Shown: piece after piece, positions 36,869 through 47,509 of the stretch | Layout: each line of letters begins with the position of its first letter | Position numbering within the stretch: position 1 is the stretch's first letter | NCBI RefSeq assembly: GCF_037042905.1 | Contig: NC_087245.1 | Span: 6,636,001-6,700,000 of the forward strand | Direction of reading: 5' to 3' | DNA: 64,000 nucleotides | From: Lytechinus pictus | Lineage: Eukaryota | The notes under the pieces: generated by a model | Seen by the model: the letters and a program-made list of their open reading frames with translations, nothing else | Databases searched by the model: none | Told to the model about the DNA's origin: nothing | Program-made: the position numbers and the translations under genes

Positions 36869-39848
36869 TCGACATAATACATTTTGAAATGTGGGAGACC
36901 TCCATCTTAAGCTTAGAGCTTGAAATTGATAAAGGCCTCGAAAGGAAAGGGGAAGGGAAAACCAGACAAACAGTGCAATAAAAGAGAGAGACTTATCTTT
37001 TATTGCACAAAATAGCAAGAATATTACAAAAAAAGTAGATAGGGAAAGAACATTTCAAATGAGAAAGTCATAATCACAATGTTGATCAAAGTAAAAAAAA
37101 AAGTGCAAGTGTGCGAGAGTGCAGTTGCTGGGGGGGGGGGGGGTGTATTATCGGTTGGTACGAAACACACAGAGATTTTAAGTATTATAATTTTAACAGA
37201 GTATTTCTCTTCAAAACAGCTTTGAATGAATAAAGTGTAGAGCATAACTTAATGTCAGGTGATAAATTATTCCATAAAGCAGCACCGTAATGTATAATTG
37301 ATTTGTGTGCTATTATTAGTTTTGGATTTGTCAAATGTTTCATTGAATGAAATTATTAGCCGCAATAAGTCTGAATCAAACATTAATAATATCACATCCA
37401 TATACTCGAATATCTGGTTTCTCTAAGTTAATTCACTTTTCGTGTAGCTCATTTTCACTTAACTACACCTGCTACTCATTTGATAGGCGTATTCTGAGTT
37501 GACAAATACTAATTATTGTCCCTGTTTCATTTACAACAGACCTACACAGAGTGTACATGTCTAGAAGGACCATTGGAGACTGTGGAATCCGGGTTGTGTC
37601 AGACATCATGCAGCTATCAACCCTATGTCTGGTCCGTACTCGCTGCCGCGTTCGTCTTCGTAGTCTTCTTCGCTCAGATTCCAGAGCTCAATGTCATCCT
37701 CAGGTTTGTAGAGCAATTATCCAACATAGTTAATGTGTCGCAGACAAGCTAGAATTATGGCTCAAATTCTCCCTTTAAAATTAGATGTTACCATGGTTAC
37801 AGAAATCAACAAATTTATTATTTCATTTTCACTCTTGTTATCTGAATAAAATGAGAGCCAAATTTTTCACTCAGGTTATTGATAGAACTATTCTGCTTTC
37901 CTATTTTATTGTTGACAGATGTGTACCTGATTCTCAGAGGTCAATGGCTATTGGACTTACTTCACTACTAAAACGTGGACTAGGTAGGACTGGACAAGTC
38001 TTGGAATAAATACGTTTATCCAAACACATTAACCCGAATTCAAAAATTGTTGAGTATGCATATTTCGCATAGTGCTGAAGGACTCCCTTTTATTGCGGAA
38101 TTAATAGCTTTTACATAGAGCTTTATGTAAATGTCATGGAACAAAGCATCCTTGAGCTAGTTTCTTACCCCCCCCCCAGAACAAAATATATCCTCGGCTA
38201 AGGTTCAGTCGTGGGCTGCACGCGACTGACCGTCGTTCTAGTAGGATGCTGTAGATTCCGTTGAAGAGCGAGACCCTGGACTTCTGCAAAACAAAATAAC
38301 AGATCTGAGCCCCGTCTTTAATAAAAAGAGTTACGATTGATCCGATCAAGCTCTTTATGGACATCCATCAATGTCATAATTTTCTATACGTACAGGAAAT
38401 TTGCACAATGTACTTTGGGGACAATGAGAAGCACACTTGATGGTCAAGAAACCCGGGGGGGCCACTTACATTGACTAGTGGATACCATGCGCGACCAAAA
38501 AAACACGTAAAAAGGATGTCTTTTTCACGATAGGGCACGTTACGTACGTAACGTGATAAGGGTGTCAAAAACACAAAAATAATGAAAAAAGGGTATCTAT
38601 TTCGCTAGGAAAATTACTTGTTTAGGGTCGAATTTGCGGGGATGATAAAACAAAATTAAAATGTTTAATAAAGGATGTCCTTTTTGCCCCAACACTTCGT
38701 GTTTAGAGTCCGATTTGCGCGAGGTGTAGAAGGTGGGGTCGTACTAAACCAAATAAGGTAAGACGAAGACCGAAGGACCCGTAACAATAAAACATTCCTG
38801 TACTTGTTTAGGGGTTCATTTCAGGAAATATTTGCCAAGAGTATCGTTTTATTTCCAATACTTGTTAAGGGTAGGGTTTTAGACGCCCATACTTGTTAAG
38901 GGGTGCATTTTCAGAATATGGAAATTACGTGTTTAGGGTGCTTTTCGAGACCCCATGGTCGCGCATGGTATCCACTCGTGAATTGAAGTGGCCCCCCCGG
39001 GTCAAGAAAACAATGAATGTATAAATATACATTATCTAGAAAATATTTTGAATAAGCATGCATTTCAGATGTTGACGTGAAAGGCTCTCCATAGTCGTGG
39101 TTGATCGGATCAATCGCACTCGACAGAGATCTGTCCGCGCCGGGCGAGATGATGCTCTGATGCACAGAATGAGCATCTGTCTTGTTATGTAATAACAAGG
39201 ACACGCTCTGTTGACGAGCGACATGCATCCTTCATTTGCGCTAAACAATAACCAGCTTGAGGTCAGATAAGGTCGCACGCGACAGAGATCTGCCATCGCT
39301 GGGCGAGGTCGCCGGGGAGGTCGCACGCGATTGAGAGACCACCCTTACCGTTATGTAATAGATGGACAGTCCCTTGACACAAGAGGCCCGAGCAGCAAGC
39401 CATAAACAGAGTCTGGCCAAGGAGGTTTTACTTAATTTGGTCTGACCTCAGCTGAGGAGGACACGCAGATAATCAGGATGAAATCAGTCTCGTTATCTGT
39501 GCCAAGGGCTTTGCAGTTTCTTGACCTGCTCATAAAGACTTAGCCTCTTGTCGAGGCCCTGGCGGCTGCTTCCCGAGCGAAGCGAGGGATTCCCTAATTC
39601 GCTAGGCCTGGCGCGAGCCAGGGCCTCTTGACATCTGAACTGAATTATATATTCATGAGGAACGTCTTCCTAATGAATATACATGAGTCATGATATTACC
39701 GGTCACCGAGTTAACCAATGAAATGTCAGAGCTGTTTCGTTTTGGGTTCGGAATACTATATAGTATAGTAGTCCATTATTCTGCAGGGGATTCATTTAAT
39801 TGCGGGACACTAAAGGGGATATAACCAGCAAAATGCTACAAGTAGTGG

Positions 39849-39894
<46 letters not shown>

Positions 39895-42800
39895 GGCCGT
39901 AACAGACCCATCACCGCCCCGAAACTTCCCGGGAGATACTGCTCAGCCGCTGGTCAGACTCGAGTCAACTCCCAGCAACTCCACCCCAGCTTCCCTCACT
40001 GCACTGCACAAGCAGAGATCGATAATCGACGCCCCGGATCGACCGGTGGAATCGCATGAAATATTACATTTTTTCCATATCCTGTGGGTAGATTTACAAA
40101 GACATCTCGTCCTTTCAGTGCAGAGTTAATTTCATCGACTTGCAAATCCTTAAATCGGTCAATATTCAGCATTTTAGAGTCATATTCAGCGCTCTTTGAT
40201 ATTTCGTCGTCACTCTTCGCCAAGAATCCAAGGGTCGCCATTCAAGATGAGCTCATGAATATTTAATATGACGTCATAGCAGCTCGCGCTCTCATTGGAT
40301 GATTTTCACCGACCAGTTTTTGGTCGGTGAATTGGTAAAAACAATAAAAAAACAAAAGAAAGTCGGTGAAATTCGGGTCAGAGCTTCGCTCTCTCCCTTG
40401 CTTTGCCATGTTCGCTCGGAAAGCAGCCGACAGGGCCTCGACAAGAGGCTAATAAAGACTTTGCTAACCGAACATGCACTCAAGATCTGTATGAGGCCGT
40501 TCTCATTATATACGCTTTCTAAAACTAGTTTACTGGAAACCGATTCAGGAAACCACTTTGGAAGATCGCTTTGCTAGCGTTCTCACTTGATCACACGAAA
40601 GTGGTTTTCAAAATCACTTCACGTAAAGCGCTCTTGTTGCTATGGAAACGCTCTCGATCAGTGGGGTGACACGTTTCGCACGAAAATCGAAACCGCAGCA
40701 TAGGCATTCTACCACCTGTCGTGTGGAGTAGCGCGCTCAAAATGTGCGAAGATCGCTTCCCGAAGAACGGTTGTGTCCTCACTTACGCTAAAACCACTTT
40801 AACGAGGCAAAGCGATCTTGAAATCTACATCGCGAGGCGGTTTTCCAAACTGGTTTAGAAGATCGCTTCCAAGACCGCTTTGACCGTTCTCACTACGCGT
40901 TAAACTAGTTTCCACTAAACTAGTTTCCAGTAAACTAGTTTTAGGAACGTAGTGAGAACAGCCTCATTGAGGCTGTTCTCACTCAGTTCCTTAAACTAGT
41001 TTAGTGGAAACTAGAGGCTGTTCTCACTCAGTTCCTTAAACTAGTTTAGTGGAAACTAGTTTAGTGGAAACTAGTTTAACGCTAAGTGAGAACGGTCGAA
41101 GCGCTCTTGGAAGCGCTCTTCCAAACCAGTTTGGAAGACCACCTCGCGATGTAGTTTTCAAGATCGCTTCGCATCGGAAAAGTGGTTTTAGCGTAAGTGA
41201 GGACACAACCGTTCTTCGGGAAGCGGTCTTCGCACATTTTGAGCGCGCTACTCCACACGACAGGTGTAGAATGCCTATGCTGCGGTTTCGAATTTCGCGC
41301 GAAACGTGTCTCCCCACTGAGAGCGTTTCCATAGCAACAAGAGCGCTATACGTGAAGTGATTTTGAAAACCACTTTCGTGTGATCAAGTGAGAACGCTAG
41401 CAAAGCGATCTTCCAAACTGGCTTTCTGAACCGGTTCCCAGTAAACTAGTTTTAGGAACGTAGTGAGAACAGCCTCCTAGTTTAGTGGAAACTAGTTTAA
41501 CGCTAAGTGAGAACGGTCGAAGCGCTCTTGGAAGCGCTCTTCCAAACCAGTTTGGAAGACCACCTCGCGATGTAGTTTTCAAGATCGCTTCGCATCGGAA
41601 AAGTGGTTTTAGCGTAAGTGAGGACACAACCGTTCTTCTGGAAGCAATCTTCGCACATTTTGAGCGCGCTACTCCACACGACAGGTGTAGAATGCCTATG
41701 CTGCGGTTTCGAATTTCGCGCGAAACGTGTCTCCCCACTGAGAGCGTTTCCGTTTCCATAGCAACAAGAGCGCTATACGTGAAGTGATTTTGAAAACCAC
41801 TTTCGTGTGATCAAGTGAGAACGCTAGCAAAGCGATCTTCCAAACTGGCTTTCTGAACCGGTTCCCAGTAAACTAGTTTTAGGAACGTAGTGAGAACAGC
41901 CTCATTGTTTTCTGGAATTTCAAAAGGCATCTACACTATGACGAGATGGAGTATTCGTATCACAAAATAATTCAGCTAAAATGACTTAAAATAAAAACGG
42001 CAATGGATACTTTACGATATCTTATGATCATTTTTTAAAACTAATACCTTGGTCACATTTGCTCTACGGCGGCCGTACGGCGAGTCGAATTAACAGTCGT
42101 TTTAACATTTTTTGTCCAACTTCATATAGGTGGTTTGAATTAAAATTAATAAAACGGCTGTTTTCGACTCCCGTACAGCCGTCGTAGAGCAAAGGTGACC
42201 AAGGTATAAGTAATTACCGAACAAAACTTTTCATTACATTGTCTTCGATGCAATGAGTCACTGCGCAATTTATAAATCTTTATCAGGGGCCGCGGAACCG
42301 GGGGGCTGGGGGGCTTCAGCCCCCCCCCCCCCACTTTTTTCCAAAACCGTGTACAAAAACGTAAAAATGACCATATGATTGTGATTTTTAGCATGGTCAG
42401 CCCCCCCCCCCCCACTTTTGGCTCAGCCCCCCCCCCCCACTTTGAAAACCGTTCCGCGGCCCTTGTTTATTACTTGAGAAGTGCTACCTGGGCATTCTTT
42501 CATGGAGCTATTGAGCAGTGCACTAACCATAGAGCTCTATATGCACTAACAAATATTTATTCTCTTACCGTTGCCATAGTAGCATTACCCGGAATGAAAG
42601 ATGAAGTTTGATTCGGAAACTGGCCATGCCAGCCCTGTCAAGATGTTGATTATGGCACCGACCACTTAGTCTGCTGGGCAAACCCTTCGTTCGAGTTAAG
42701 GGTCTGAATGTGCAGCCTACTCATGCCTTGTGTACTGAAGGCTCTCTCGTGAAGGTATTGTATTGGAACAGCAAGTTTTGTATGTGCTAGTCTTTGCGTG

Positions 42801-44383
42801 GAGGCACACTTGTTGATCAAAGTTCCAATCAGGGTCTGTGTCTGCAGACTACCGACCACTGGCATCGGCAATCTCAGAATGTTGTCAGTAATATAAGTGG
42901 GATTTATATAGCGCTTTTTTGCCAGAGGATTCAAAGTGCAACTGTTGATACCCCGGCTGTAGCGACTGTTTTATCAACATTGCTCTGTGAATTCAAGGAA
43001 TAAATCCTTCTGGGTACCCATACACCTTACCTGGGTCGAGTGCAGCACAATGTGGGGGGGAATTCTTGCTGAAGGAAAACACGCCACGGCTAAGATTCGA
43101 ACCCACTACCCTCTTTTTGAGAGATGAGAGTCGGAACCAATAGAGACCACGACGCGCACAAAGTACTGACGTGGCTGTAAAAAGCTGTAATTCACAGATC
43201 ACTTTTATACTGGAAATAATTTGTTTTTGTTGGCATAGTGCTGGTCACTAACCATTACTGCAACAACAGTACTGATAATGAACGATATGATGGACACCCT
43301 TCATAATAATGTGCATTGCGCTTTATTGTTTGCCACTGCATTCAATTCAATTCAATTTACTTTATTTCATTTTCAATAGAACAAAGTAATGTGGTCGAAA
43401 TAATTACAATGAACTTATACAGACAAAATAAATTGAGGCATGTACAATATATGATATTTATATATGCACTGAAAAAACTCCGGTGTTGATTGAACACCAG
43501 TCTGGAATCTATATATGTCCACACCAGAGAAGTGTTAAACAACACCAGTTTGGTTTTGGTCTAACACCAGATAGGTGTTTATACAACACCAATTAGTATT
43601 AAAAAAGCATCGGTTTGATTCCAAACTGGTGTTGTTTCAATACTTCTCTGGTGTGGACATATATAGATTCCGGTATGGTGTTAAATCAACACCGGTGTTT
43701 TTGCAGTGTAAGTAAAAATAAAACAAAACAGAGTATTATATACAAGCAAATATCATAAACATTATAATATAAAATTCTGAGAAAATGTAGGGATCCACTA
43801 ATAAGCAGTGCTTGTATTGTGTGGATACCTCTAAATGATTATTTTAGAATTGCCGTTGGGGTATATATGAAACGTCAAAAACGCCAAAAAACGTCAAAAA
43901 CGCCATTGACGAACCTCATATATTAATAGACATCCTAACTATTAACAACAAAAAACTAGGAAAGTGAACCTAAATCTCCAGAAGATAGCCATTTCCTTTG
44001 CTTCTAACAGTGTAAACGTATGTTTATCATTCTGTCCCCAAGTTTGAGTGGGAGGGCTTATCACTAATTCCTACTGCAGATTATCTCTCTGTTTCATTCT
44101 ATCTTATCTAGGTTCAGTTCCAGGACCTATCATAGTTGGTGCTGTGATAGACCAAGCCTGCATCCTCTGGCAGGACGTATGTGGAACACGTGGTTCTTGC
44201 TGGATCTACGACAATGCAAGCTTAGCCTGGAGACTGACCGTCATAGCACTGGCTCTAAAAGCAGCAGCTTGCTGTATGTATCTCATTGCTATGGTGTGCT
44301 ACAGACCAGCTTTAGTGCAGGACAATGAGGTTTCCGGCACAGAAAACAAAGGTGCAAACTTTGAAAAGGACATTAATTGTTAA
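29734..44383 (+). CDS. SLCO4A1-like: Solute carrier organic anion transporter (OATP/SLCO), copy 1, complete, 709 aa
   Basis: Exons 29734-30048, 31576-32065, 32471-32567, 33649-33770, 34441-34701, 35171-35372, 36028-36169, 37540-37703, 37919-37983 and 44112-44383 total 2130 nt with a continuous frame. Motifs SIERRF.L.S..G, signature DPGWIGAWWLGF, Kazal-like loop CNSDCSC..F.PVCG..Y..PCHAGC, and GPII.G..ID..C.LW...CG..GSCW.YDN. The subfamily is assigned by resemblance only. Confidence 0.93.
30955..31260 (+). mobile_element. tRNA-derived SINE (same head and core as 25582)
   Basis: GTGGCCCAGTGG..GGTTCGAATCC..GCACTCGACCCAGG; ends GCGCTATATAAAT..(ATT)n. Confidence 0.85.
31576..32065 (+). CDS. SLCO copy 1 exon 2
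   Basis: GMIVNGF..SIERRFLLSS..GGRGHKIRW..LPHF. Confidence 0.93.
32471..32567 (+). CDS. SLCO copy 1 exon 3
   Basis: TFYACIVLGPGLGFILSG; 97 nt, same length as the paralogue exon. Confidence 0.9.
33129..33237. mobile_element. Miniature inverted-repeat element (109 bp)
   Basis: 29-bp arms ATTTGAGAGGATG(T/C)TATAAATACAGCGAG with 1 mismatch and a 51-nt spacer. Confidence 0.6.
33649..33770 (+). CDS. SLCO copy 1 exon 4 (OATP signature)
   Basis: DPGWIGAWWLGF..FPKEFP; 122 nt. Confidence 0.92.
34441..34701 (+). CDS. SLCO copy 1 exon 5
   Basis: LLTNPTF..GFNAFLPKVFENQFSLSA; 261 nt. Confidence 0.92.
35171..35372 (+). CDS. SLCO copy 1 exon 6
   Basis: GGFFGSLSAGFVLRRFNLK..CPQQNLAGVT. Confidence 0.9.
36028..36169 (+). 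CDS. SLCO copy 1 exon 7 (Kazal-like loop)
   Basis: CNSDCSC..FLPVCG..YFTPCHAGC. Confidence 0.92.
37540..37703 (+). CDS. SLCO copy 1 exon 8
   Basis: TYTECTC..SGLCQTSC..IPELNVILR. Confidence 0.9.
37919..37983 (+). CDS. SLCO copy 1 exon 9
   Basis: CVPDSQRSMAIGLTSLLKRGLG; 65 nt. Confidence 0.9.
38452..39001. mobile_element. Non-autonomous DNA transposon, CCCG-type TIR, 8-bp TSD
   Basis: About 45-bp TIR CCCGGGGGGGCCACTT..GTGGATACCATGCGCGACCA; TSD TCAAGAAA at 38444-38451 and 39002-39009. Confidence 0.85.
39541..40451 (-). mobile_element. Non-autonomous AcademH-type DNA transposon with a RecQ-like helicase fragment
   Basis: 41-bp TIR TAGCCTCTTGTCGAGGCCCTG.CGGCTGCTT.CCGAGCGAA; exact 9-bp TSD ATAAAGACT (39532-39540, 40452-40460); internal minus ORF 39996-40241 with DLQ..IN..LKGRDVFVNLPTGYGK. 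Confidence 0.8.
40493..41903. mobile_element. Cluster of three copies of one about-465-bp MITE (one inverted, two nested)
   Basis: TIR GAGGCTGTTCTCACT / AGTGAGAACAGCCTC; copies at 40493-40965, 40969-41903 (TSD ATT) and 41014-41476 (TSD CTA, inside the second copy). Confidence 0.88.
42045..42206. mobile_element. Harbinger-like MITE
   Basis: TAA|TACCTTGGTCAC..GCTCTACG ... CGTAGAGC..GTGACCAAGGTA|TAA. Confidence 0.8.
42284..42465. mobile_element. GC-rich MITE
   Basis: CAGGGGCCGCGGAAC / GTTCCGCGGCCCTTG flanked by TTTAT; a diverged relative lies at about 44586-44733. Confidence 0.65.
42890..43158 (-). mobile_element. tRNA-derived SINE, minus strand
   Basis: Reverse complement carries GGTTCGAATC and GCTGCACTCGACCCAGG..GGGTACC, and ends AAGCGCTATATAAAT. 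Confidence 0.75.
43467..43708. mobile_element. CACTG-ended palindromic MITE inserted in a LINE tail remnant
   Basis: CACTGAAAAAACTCCGGTGTTGATT ... AATCAACACCGGTGTTTTTGCAGTG with AACACCAG subrepeats. Confidence 0.75.
44112..44383 (+). CDS. SLCO copy 1 last exon
   Basis: SVPGPIIVGAVIDQACILWQDVCGTRGSCWIYDN..*. Confidence 0.93.
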
Positions 44384-44962
44384 CCACCCACATTGAAGTA
44401 TTGAGCACCTGTAGATACCGCTGACGTCGGTTTTTTTAATATTGGAAGCATTAGGATCTTCGTCAGAATACACTGGCATTAAAACATTAGAACAATATTG
44501 ATATGTTTAAAAACAGCTTTATATTCTAAATTTCAAACTCGACAAATTATACACGACAAATCATCGATGAATACGAACTCTGGTCCAGGAGCAGCGGAAT
44601 CTGGGGGGGGGGGGGGGATGGGAGCTTAAACCCCACCCTTTTTTCAATATAACAAAACGTAAAAGTGACCATCTGATTGTGTCGCTAGCATTGTCGACCC
44701 CCACCCACTTTCGAAACCGTTCCGCGACTCCTGTTGATCACAATAATTAACGAGTGTACTTCGTATTAAAGGTGTGCTTTTGATAATCTTCTTCACTCTA
44801 AACATTCAACAAAGGATCAACGTCAGATCACTAGCTACTTGAAAGACTTCAGTTCACAATTTTTCCACCACAAATACCACTGCAAAGTTTGTCTGTAACA
44901 GGAAGATGATGCGAAAGATGTGATCTTGTACTATTGTAAGGATCGATTAGAGGTCACAATGA

Positions 44963-44968
44963 AATAAA
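44963..44968 (+). terminator. Candidate polyadenylation signal of SLCO copy 1
   Basis: AATAAA about 580 nt downstream of the stop. Confidence 0.35.
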
Positions 44969-45899
44969 CTGACTTCTTCATTGTACAGTGCAAATAGATT
45001 GTATTCTGTAACTAAATATACTCAGTAAACATAGTAAATTTGTTTGCATGCCGATGAAATTAATAGCAGTTTTTCACAAACACAAATTACACACAACATA
45101 CCAGGTTTGCGCGCGCCTAACAGGCTTCTTGGAATGCTATGAATCCAGTGACCGGGTAATAATAATTGTGAACCCCTTGAACAGTCATTGATAAAGCGCT
45201 ATATAAATGCTAATTATTATTATTATTATTATTATGGTGCCTTCAGTGGCCATAACTAAGCCACTGTCCTTTTATAAATGTAATAATAACAACAATCATG
45301 ACAGCAACGACACATTCTTTTCAGCAGCGGATCCAGAAAGAGAGGCCATCGAAGCGACACACTTTTCTCCAAAAATTATTTGACAGATGAAAGAAGAAAA
45401 TGAAGAGAAAGCTTGTCACTCCAACCCATCACCCTCCTTGACATCAGGGACAGGGGCCCGGGGCCCCACCCTCTTGATCAGCCACCTATACTACCTCTCA
45501 TCAAATAAAATTAAACTATTGGCGTATTATAGCATTGAAGTATCTACACAGGAGAGATAAGATTGATTAACTCTATAGACACCCTCTCGGGGTGTAACAA
45601 AATAACATATTTTCAATGGCTTTATATACGTAAAATATATGATTGCATGTATATATAACATAACATCGCACCTCTTCACAAACCTAGCATTTCTGGCTGT
45701 TAAACTACTACTACAAGTACATATAAGTTTATCTCTCCTACTTTCTGTACAATGCAGTGGTATTCTTTACTATTACAGTTGTTGGTGTCTGAACAAATTG
45801 CATCATTATAGCTCTAGCAAAGTACTTGTAGCAGAATGGAATAAAGAAAAATACATATAGTGGGAAGGCTATACCGCCTACGAGGGTAAAGGGTTTTAA

Positions 45900-46494
45900 A
45901 GGGGAATCCAACCCAAATAAAAACTTGTTTTTATAAGGAAAAGAAAAATCAGTCAAGTTTATAGGTGAAATTTTGAACAATATTGGACAAACAACAAGAA
46001 AGTTGTGAATTTTTAGAAGTTGTAAATATTGGTAATCACTATACTCATGGAGACTTCAAATTGGCCCCATATGGGATGTCATAGTGATGTAAGGCAAGGA
46101 CTACTCTTCCATGTACTCCAATACATATCATGGCTAAAATGTCATTTTTCCCAAAAGTTTTATTTCAAATTATAATTTTCTTTCATGAGGACATAAAACA
46201 ATATACTACCTGGATTATATTTAGATTACTGCCCCAGGGGAATGGGTACTTAGGAGAAAACCACAAATCACTGATAATAAAGTACATGGCCTATGGGAAA
46301 GTTGTCCTTGCCCCTTGTCATAATTTACTTACCCAGTTGCCAATTTGAAATCTACATAGTATTAGTGATCTCAATTTTAAAGCAGCTATAACTTTCTTAT
46401 TGCTAGTCCGATTTCTTTCAAACTTTCACCATTCTGTTTAATTTATTTTTTCCCTTCCCAACACAACATTTTATGGCCTAGGCTGGATTCCCCT
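45900..46494. mobile_element. TTAA-targeting MITE (Kolobok-like)
   Basis: TTAA|AGGGGAATCCA ... TGGATTCCCCT|TTAA. Confidence 0.8.
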
Positions 46495-47316
46495 TTAACA
46501 ATATGAGGCATATTATAATCGTGCCCCTTTCAGCTCCTGAATTTTGTAAGCTTTTGCTTTTATTCAGAATTGTAATAAGATTACAAAAAAGATATCAAAA
46601 GTACAATTATAAAGATCATAACTTCGAAAAGTGAACCTTTGTCTTACATTTGATGTATGGAAAAGCAGAGAAAAAACCCCACCTTTATCCAATCCCATTC
46701 TGCTTTCTTACGTTTTTTTTAAATTTCTTTTTAACTTCCATGTTATCTTATTTTGTACTTGTGTGCTTGAGATTATTTTGTTTACCTTAGATAGAGCTAG
46801 TGTAAGGCAACGAAAATGAATGATTGTCAAATCTCGTATCAATTTATTAATTCAAATAGAATGATAAATGAATGATTGTCCGAACTCGTATCAATTTAGT
46901 ATATATATCAGTGTATATAGAATTATGTGTAAGAATATAGGGAATAAGATTAGAGCTCATGCATTTTTTTTGAAATTGTATATTACAATATTAACATTAT
47001 CATTAATTCATTGTCGAATAAATATAGTACTATCTTTAAACAGTGTTATATTCATTTTGTTATTGAAAAAAAAAATAGAATGTCATATTTCATCGTCATA
47101 AAAAATGACAATCCAAAGCATTATCTGCAGGCAGATTTGTATTATATATATATATATATATGTGTGTGTGAAATGATACATGTACAACAGCTTTGGCAAC
47201 TCTTATTTAAATATTTTGTGAAAGGAATGGATCAAGAGAACAATGGTAGGCGTAGCTTAAATCAAGGTTCCCCAGAGCTATCTGCCCTTTTGGAAAAATT
47301 GGTGATGCCGAAAAAA

Positions 47317-47388
47317 TGTCTCTGCCGGGAATCGAACCCGGGCCCCCAGCTTTGAACGCCGGTGCCTTAACCACTAGACTACAGAGAC
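47317..47388 (-). tRNA. tRNA or tRNA-like gene with UCA anticodon (Glu-like body), inside a repeat
   Basis: Minus strand GTCTCTG TA GTCT AGTGGTTA AGGC A CCGGC GTTCAAA GCTGG GGGC CCGGG TTCGATT CCCGG CAGAGAC A followed by TTTTTT. All four stems pair; A and B boxes are intact. Confidence 0.65.
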
Positions 47389-47509
47389 GGGTTAGTGGCT
47401 AGGGCGACCCCGATCCGATTGACCGTCAGATAGACAGATTTTCGACACTATACCAATTATAATTTCCTTTGTCGGGTGTAGGTGGGTTATATATATATAT
47501 ATATATCTA

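Noticed and set aside
39800..40129. ORF with a poly-Leu signal-peptide-like start
   Set aside because: The poly-Leu is an (ACT)n microsatellite inside the AcademH-type element.
41036..41787. Four repeated 98-120-aa ORFs on both strands
   Set aside because: They come from nested copies of a non-coding MITE and show no protein motif.
47317..47388. Selenocysteine tRNA
   Set aside because: It has the UCA anticodon but a 4-nt variable loop and a standard 7/5 fold, not the long-arm 9/4 eukaryotic Sec fold.
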